A DNA stretch of 64,000 nucleotides from Auanema rhodensis (Eukaryota; Animalia; Nematoda), in the NCBI GenBank assembly GCA_964057225.1, contig OZ059900.1, forward strand, positions 22,568,001 to 22,632,000, read 5' to 3'. Of this stretch, positions 55,701 through 64,000 are shown piece after piece; the first letter of the stretch is position 1; every line of letters begins with the position of its first letter. Position numbers and translations under genes: made by a program. The notes under the pieces are model-generated. The model ran no database searches, was not told where the DNA came from, and worked only from the letters and a program-made list of their open reading frames with translations.

Positions 55701-58700
55701 ATGAACAAAAATCGATTTAATCAATATTAGCCATAAAGGGCATGCCCTCAGAATATGCTAATTTCCTTAATTTTCTAACCCCTGTTTTTTTGTCGTGAAA
55801 GTGGAACTAGACGTTGTACGAACAATTTTGAGCTAGGTTTCATTGACATTGCATGAGTTTGAACACATGAAATCGTAAGTCAAAACCTTGTTTACAGCGA
55901 AATTTCCAAAAACTGGTTTTCCAGCATAATAAAATATTTCTCATGGGAAATACTGTGTTTTTGTATTTTTCTAGTGTTCAGCATGTAAAATGCTTCATTT
56001 TAGTATGTAACACGCTGAAATTCTTTGCATTTGACGACTCATATGAACAAAAATCGATTTAATCAATATTAGCCATAAGGGGCGTGCCCTCAGAATATGC
56101 GAATTTCCTTAATTTTCTAACCCCTGTTTTTTTGTCGTGAAAGTGGAACTAGACGTTGTACGAACAATTTTTAGCTAGGTTTCATTGACATTGCATGAGT
56201 TTGAACACATGAAATCGTAAGTCAAAACCTTGTTTACAGCGAAATTTCCAAAAACTGGTTTTCCAGCATAATAAAATATTTCTCATGGGTATTACTGTGT
56301 TTTTGTATTTTTCTAGTGTTCAGCATGTAAAATGCTTCATTTTAGTATGTAACACGCTGAAATTCGTTGCATTTGACGACTCATATGAACAAAAATCGAT
56401 TTAATCAATATTAGCCATAAAGGGCGTGCCCTCAGAATATGCTAATTTCCTTAATTTTCTAACCCGTGTTTTTTAGTCGTGAAAGTGGAACTAGACGTTG
56501 TACGAACAATTTTGAGCTAGGTTTCATTGACATTGCATGAGTTTGAACACATGAAATCGTAAGTCAAACCTTGTTTACAGCGAAATTTCCAAAAACTGGT
56601 TTTCCAGCATAATAAAATATTTCTCATGGGAAATACTGTGTTTTTGTATTTTTCTAGTGTTCAGCATGTAAAATGCTTCATTTTAGTATGTAACACGCTG
56701 AAATTCGTTGCATTTGACGACTCATATGAACAAAAATCGATTTAATCAATATTAGCCATAAAGGGCGTGCCCTCAGAATATGCTAATTTCCTTAATTTTC
56801 TAACCCCGGTTTTTTTGTCGTGAAAGTGGAACTAGACGTTGTAGGAACAATTTTGAGCTAGGTTTCATTGACATTGCATGAGTTTGAACACATGAAATCG
56901 TAAGTCAAAACCTTGTTTACAGCGAAATTTCCAAAAACTGGTTTTCCAGCATAATAAAATATTTCTCATGTGAAATACTGTGTTTTTGTATTTTTCTAGT
57001 GTTCAGCATGTAAAATGCTTCATTTTAGTATGTAACACGCTGAAATTCGTTGCATTTGACGACTCATATGAACAAAAATCGATTTAATCAATATTAGCCA
57101 TAAAGGGCATGCCCTCAGAATATGCTAATTTCCTTAATTTTCTAACCCCTGTTTTTTTGTCGTGAAAGTGGAACTAGACGTTGTACGAACAATTTTGAGC
57201 TAGGTTTCATTGACATTGCATGAGTTTGAACACATGAAATCGTAAGTCAAAACCTTGTTTACAGCGAAATTTCCAAAAACTGGTTTTCCAGCATAATAAA
57301 ATATTTCTCATGGGAAATACTGTGTTTTTGTATTTTTCTAGTGTTCAGCATGTAAAATGCTTCATTTTAGTATGTAACACGCTGAAATTCGTTGCATTTG
57401 ACGACTCATATGAACAAAAATCGATTTAATCAATATTAGCCATAAGGGGCGTGCCCTCAGAATATGCGAATTTCCTTAATTTTCTAACCCCTGTTTTTTT
57501 GTCGTGAAAGTGGAACTAGACGTTGTACGAACAATTTTGAGCTAGGTTTCATTGACATTGCATGAGTTTGAACACATGAAATCGTAAGTCAAAACCTTGT
57601 TTACAGCGAAATTTCCAAAAACTGGTTTTCCAGCATAATAAAATATTTCTCATGGGAAATACTGTGTTTTTGTATTTTTCTAGTGTTCAGCATGTAAAAT
57701 GCTTCATTTTAGTATGTAACACGCTGAAATTCGTTGCATTTGACGACTCATATGAACAAAAATCGATTTAATCAATATTAGCCATAAGGGGCGTGCCCTC
57801 AGAATATGCGAATTTCCTTAATTTTCTAACCCCTGTTTTTTTGTCGTGAAAGTGGAACTAGACGTTGTACGAACAATTTTGAGCTAGGTTTCATTGACAT
57901 TGCATGAGTTTGAACACATGAAATCGTAAGTCAAAACCTTGTTTACAGCGAAATTTCCAAAAACTGGTTTTCCAGCATAATAAAATATTTCTCATGGGTA
58001 TTACTGTGTTTTTGTATTTTTCTAGTGTTCAGCATGTAAAATGCTTCATTTTAGTATGTAACACGCTGAAATTCGTTGCATTTGACGACTCATATGAACA
58101 AAAATCGATTTAATCAATATTAGCCATAAGGGGCGTGCCCTCAGAATATGCTAATTTCCTTAATTTTCTAACCCGTGTTTTTTAGTCGTGAAAGTGGAAC
58201 TAGACGTTGTACGAACAATTTTGAGCTAGGTTTCATTGACATTTCATGAGTTTGAACACATGAAATCGTAAGTCAAAACCTTGTTTACAGCGAAATTTCC
58301 AAAAACTGGTTTTCCAGCATAATAAAATATTTCTCATGGGAAATACTGTGTTTTTGTATTTTTCTAGTGTTCAGCATGTAAAATGCTTCATTTTAGTATG
58401 TAACACGCTGAAATTCGTTGCATTTGACGACTCATATGAACAAAAATCGATTTAATCAATATTAGCCATAAGGGGCGTGCCCTCAGAATATGCTAATTTC
58501 CTTAATTTTCTAACCCGTGTTTTTTAGTCGTGAAAGTGGAACTAGACGTTGTACGAACAATTTTGAGCTAGGTTTCATTGACATTGCATGAGTTTGAACA
58601 CATGAGATCGTAAGTCAAAACCTTGTTTACAGCGAAATTTCCAAAAACTGGTTTTCCAGCATAATAAAATATTTCTCATGGGAAATACTGTGTTTTTGTA

Positions 58701-58914
58701 TTTTTCTAGTGTTCAGCATGTAAAATGCTTCATTTTAGTATGTAACACGCTGAAATTCGTTGCATTTGACGACTCATATGAACAAAAATCGATTTAATCA
58801 ATATTAGCCATAAAGGGCGTGCCCTCAGAATATGCTAATTTCCTTAATTTTCTAACCCCGGTTTTTTTGTCGTGAAAGTGGAACTAGACGTTGTAGGAAC
58901 AATTTTGAGCTAGG
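52760..58914 (-). repeat. Imperfect 4-mer higher-order repeat with single-monomer stutters
   Basis: The cycle TGCGAAT, then GGGTATT/CCCGTG, then CCCCGG, then ATGTGA/GGGCAT starts at 52760, 54128, 55838 and 57205. Extra monomers are duplicated in the second and fourth cycles. Confidence 0.8.
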
Positions 58915-61900
58915 TTTCATTGACATTGCATGAGTTTGAACACATGAAATCGTAAGTCAAAACCTTGTTTACAGCGAAATTTCCAAAAACTGGTTTTCCA
59001 GCATAATAAAATATTTCTCATGGGAAATACTGTGTTTTTGTATTTTTCTAGTGTTCAGCATGTAAAATGCTTCATTTTAGTATGTAACACGCTGAAATTC
59101 GTTGCATTTGACGACTCATATGAACAAAAATCGATTTAATCAATATTAGCCATAAAGGGCGTGCCCTCAGAATATGCTAATTTCCTTAATTTTCTAACCC
59201 CGGTTTTTTTGTCGTGAAAGTGGAACTAAACGTTGTAGGAACAATTTTGAGCTAGGTTTCATTGACATTGCATGAGTTTGAACACATGAAATCGTAAGTC
59301 AAAACCTTGTTTACAGCGAAATTTCCAAAAACTGGTTTTCCAGCATAATAAAATATTTCTCATGGGAAATACTGTGTTTTTGTATTTTTCTAGCGTTCAG
59401 CATGTAAAATGCTTCATTTTAGTATGTAACACGCTGAAATTCGTTGCATTTGACGACTCATATGAACAAAAATCGATTTAATCAATATTAGCCATAAGGG
59501 GCGTGCCCTCAGAATATGCTAATTTCCTTAATTTTCTAACCCCTGTTTTTTGTCGTGAAAGTGGAACTAGACGTTGTACGAACAATTTTGAGCTAGGTTT
59601 CATTGACATTGCATGAGTTTGAACACATGAAATCGTAAGTCAAAACCTTGTTTACAGCGAAATTTCCAAAAACTGGTTTTCCAGCATAATAAAATATTTC
59701 TCATGGGAAATACTGTGTTTTTGTATTTTTCTAGTCTTCAGCATGTAAAATGCTTCATTTTAGTATGTAACACGCTGAAATTCGTTGCATTTGACGACTC
59801 ATATGAACAAAAATCGATTTAATCAATATTAGCCATAAGGGGCGTGCCCTCAGAATATGCTAATTTCCTTAATTTTCTAACCCCTGTTTTTTTGTCGTGA
59901 AAGTGGAACTAGACGTTGTAGGAACAATTTTGAGCTAGGTTTCATTGACATTGCATGAGTTTGAACACATGAAATCGTAAGTCAAAACCTTGTTTACAGC
60001 GAAATTTCCAAAAACTGGTTTTCCAGCATAATAAAATATTTCTCATGGGAAATACTATGTTTTTGTATTTTTCTAGTGTTCAGCATGTAAAATGCTTCAT
60101 TTTAGTATGTAACACGCTGAAATTCGTTGCATTTGACGACTCATATGAACAAAAATCGATTTAATCAATATTAGCCATAAGGGGCGTGCCCTCAGAATAT
60201 GCTAATTTCCTTAATTTTCTAACCCCTGTTTTTTTGTCGTGAAAGTGGAACTAGACGTTGTAGGAACAATTTTGAGCTAGGTTTCATTGACATTGCATGA
60301 GTTTGAACACATGAAATCGTAAGTCAAAACCTTGTTTACAGCGAAATTTCCAAAAACTGGTTTTCCAGCATAATAAAATATTTCTCATGGGAAATACTGT
60401 GTTTTTGTATTTTTCTAGTGTTCAGCATGTAAAATGCTTCATTTTAGTATGTAACACGCTGAAATTCGTTGCATTTGACGACTCATATGAACAAAAATCG
60501 ATTTAATCAATATTAGCCATAAGGGGCGTGCCCTCAGAATATGCTAATTTCCTTAATTTTCTAACCCCTGTTTTTTGTCGTGAAAGTGGAACTAGACGTT
60601 GTACGAACAATTTTGAGCTAGGTTTCATTGACATTGCATGAGTTTGAACACATGAAATCGTAAGTCAAAACCTTGTTTACAGCGAAATTTCCAAAAACTG
60701 GTTTTCCAGCATAATAAAATATTTCTCATGGGAAATACTGTGTTTTTGTATTTTTCTAGTGTTCAGCATGTAAAATGCTTCATTTTAGTATGTAACACGC
60801 TGAAATTCGTTGCATTTGACGACTCATATGAACAAAAATCGATTTAATCAATATTAGCCATAAAGGGCGTGCTCTCAGAATATGCTAATTTCCTTAATTT
60901 TCTAACCCCTGTTTTTTTGTCGTGAAAGTGGAACTAGACGTTGTAGGAACAATTTTGAGCTAGGTTTCATTGACATTGCATGAGTTTGAACACATGAAAT
61001 CGTAAGTCAAAACCTTGTTTACAGCGAAATTTCCAAAAACTGGTTTTCCAGCATAATAAAATATTTCTCATGGGAAATACTGTGTTTTTGTATTTTTCTA
61101 GCGTTCAGCATGTAAAATGCTTCATTTTAGTATGTAACACGCTGAAATTCGTTGCATTTGACGACTCATATGAACAAAAATCGATTTAATCAATATTAGC
61201 CATAAAGGGTGTGCCCTCAGAATATGCTAATTTCCTTAATTTTCTAACCCCTGTTTTTTTGTCGTGAAAGTGGAACTAGACGTTGTACGAACAATTTTGA
61301 GCTAGGTTTCATTGACATTGCATGAGTTTGAACACATGAAATCGTAAGTCAAAACCTTGTTTACAGCGAAATTTCCAAAAACTGGTTTTCCAGCATAATA
61401 AAATATTTCTCATGGGTAATACTGTGTTTTTGTATTTTTCTAGCGTTCAGAATGTAAAATGCTTCATTTTAGTATGTAACACGCTGAAATTCGTTGCATT
61501 TGACGACTCATATGAACAAAAATCGATTTAATCAATATTAGCCATAAAGGGCGTGCCCTCAGAATATGCTAATTTCCTTAATTTTCTAACCCCTGTTTTT
61601 TGTCGTGAAAGTGGAACTAGACGTTGTACGAACAATTTTGAGCTAGGTTTCATTGACATTGCATGAGTTTGAACACATGAAATCGTAAGTCAAAACCTTG
61701 TTTACAGCGAAATTTCCAAAAACTGGTTTTCCAGCATAATAAAATATTTCTCATGGGAAATACTGTGTTTTTGTATTTTTCTAGTGTTCAGCATGTAAAA
61801 TGCTTCATTTTAGTATGTAACACGCTGAAATTCGTTGCATTTGACGACTCATATGAACAAAAATCGATTTAATCAATATTAGCCATAAGGGGCGTGCCCT

Positions 61901-64000
61901 CAGAATATGCTAATTTCCTTAATTTTCTAACCCCTGTTTTTTGTCGTGAAAGTGGAACTAGACGTTGTACGAACAATTTTGAGCTAGGTTTCATTGACAT
62001 TGCATGAGTTTGAACACATGAAATCGTAAGTCAAAACCTTGTTTACAGCGAAATTTCCAAAAACTGGTTTTCCAGCATAATAAAATATTTCTCATGGGAA
62101 ATACTGTGTTTTTATATTTTTCTAGTGTTCAGCATGTAAAATGCTTCATTTTAGTATGTAACACGCTGAAATTCGTTGCATTTGACGACTCATATGAACA
62201 AAAATCGATTTAATCAATATTAGCCATAAGGGGCGTGCCCTCAGAATATGCTAATTTCCTTAATTTTCTAACCCCTGTTTTTTTGTCGTGAAAGTGGAAC
62301 TAGACGTTGTAGGAACAATTTTGAGCTAGGTTTCATTGACATTGCATGAGTTTGAACACATGAAATCGTAAGTCAAAACCTTGTTTACAGCGAAATTTCC
62401 AAAAACTGGTTTTCCAGCATAATAAAATATTTCTCATGGGAAATACTGTGTTTTTGTATTTTTCTAGCGTTCAGCATGTAAAATGCTTCATTTTAGTATG
62501 TAACACGCTGAAATTCGTTGCATTTGACGACTCATATGAACAAAAATCGATTTAATCAATATTAGCCATAAAGGGCGTGCCCTCAGAATATGCTAATTTC
62601 CTTAATTTTCTAACCCCTGTTTTTTTGTCGTGAAAGTGGAACTAGACGTTGTACAAACAATTTTGAGCTAGGTTTCATTGACATTGCATGAGTTTGAACA
62701 CATGAAATCGTAAGTCAAAACCTTGTTTACAGCGAAATTTCCAAAAACTGGTTTTCCAGCATAATAAAATATTTCTCATGGGAAATACTGTGTTTTTGTA
62801 TTTTTCTAGTGTTCAGCATGTAAAATGTTTCATTTTAGTATGTAACACGCTGAAATTCGTTGCATTTGACGACTCATATGAACAAAAATCGATTTAATCA
62901 ATATTAGCCATAAGGGGCGTGCCCTCAGAATATGCTAATTTCCTTAATTTTCTAACCCCTGTTTTTTTGTCGTGAAAGTGGAACTAGACGTTGTACGAAC
63001 AATTTTGAGCTAGGTTTCATTGACATTGCATGAGTTTGAACACATGAAATCGTAAGTCAAAACCTTGTTTACAGCGAAATTTCCAAAAACTGGTTTTCCA
63101 GCATAATAAAATATTTCTCATGGGTAATACTGTGTTTTTGTATTTTTCTAGCGTTCAGCATGTAAAATGCTTCATTTTAGTATGTAACACGCTGAAATTC
63201 GTTGCATTTGACGACTCATATGAACAAAAATCGATTTAATCAATATTAGCCATAAAGGGCGTGCCCTCAGAATATGCTAATTTCCTTAATTTTCTAACCC
63301 CTGTTTTTTGTCGTGAAAGTGGAACTAGACGTTGTACGAACAATTTTGAGCTAGGTTTCATTGACATTGCATGAGTTTGAACACATGAAATCGTAAGTCA
63401 AAACCTTGTTTACAGCGAAATTTCCAAAAACTGGTTTTCCAGCATAATAAAATATTTCTCATGGGAAATACTGTGTTTTTGTATTTTTCTAGTGTTCAGC
63501 ATGTAAAATGCTTCATTTTAGTATGTAACACGCTGAAATTCGTTGCATTTGACGACTCATATGAACAAAAATCGATTTAATCAATATTAGCCATAAGGGG
63601 CGTGCCCTCAGAATATGCTAATTTCCTTAATTTTCTAACCCCTGTTTTTTGTCGTGAAAGTGGAACTAGACGTTGTACGAACAATTTTGAGCTAGGTTTC
63701 ATTGACATTGCATGAGTTTGAACACATGAAATCGTAAGTCAAAACCTTGTTTACAGCGAAATTTCCAAAAACTGGTTTTCCAGCATAATAAAATATTTCT
63801 CATGGGAAATACTGTGTTTTTGTATTTTTCTAGTGTTCAGCATGTAAAATGCTTCATTTTAGTATGTAACACGCTGAAATTCGTTGCATTTGACGACTCA
63901 TATGAACAAAAATCGATTTAATCAATATTAGCCATAAGGGGCGTGCCCTCAGAATATGCTAATTTCCTTAATTTTCTAACCCCTGTTTTTTTGTCGTGAA

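Larger units (their letters stand above)
30958..64000 (-). repeat. Same 342-bp satellite in reverse orientation (partial unit, 95 full monomers, partial unit)
   Basis: From 30958 the sequence is the reverse complement of the left-arm monomer. AACAATTTTGAGCTAGG ends at 31219, 31561, 31903 ... 63696. The first unit covers monomer positions 262 down to 1. Confidence 0.99.

Noticed and set aside
1-64000. A long repetitive ORF, since 342 is divisible by 3
   Set aside because: Each of the six frames has a stop within the monomer. On +, TAG occurs at 3, 29 and 61. On -, TGA, TGA and TAA occur within the first ~41 nt of the unit.
1-64000. CRISPR array
   Set aside because: There are no unique spacers. 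The entire 342-bp unit is repeated.

Overview
The whole 64-kb window is one AT-rich (~34% GC by hand count) tandem satellite with a 342-bp monomer (340-343 bp where small indels occur). It holds about 187 copies that differ by only a few substitutions each. I found no genes, RNA genes, transposons or CRISPR arrays, and all six reading frames of the monomer contain stops. The main structural feature is an abrupt orientation switch at 30957/30958. About 90.5 monomers run on the + strand, then about 96.5 on the - strand, giving a macro-inverted repeat with arms of at least 31 kb and a spacer of only 77 nt made entirely of satellite sequence. Diagnostic variants show several local higher-order repeats (4-, 5-, 6-, 7-, 9- and 12-mers). 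The variant sets differ between the arms, and a heterogeneous zone flanks the inversion. The architecture resembles a eukaryotic (peri)centromeric satellite array, but I cannot identify the organism or family from the sequence alone. All coordinates and variant typing were done by eye.
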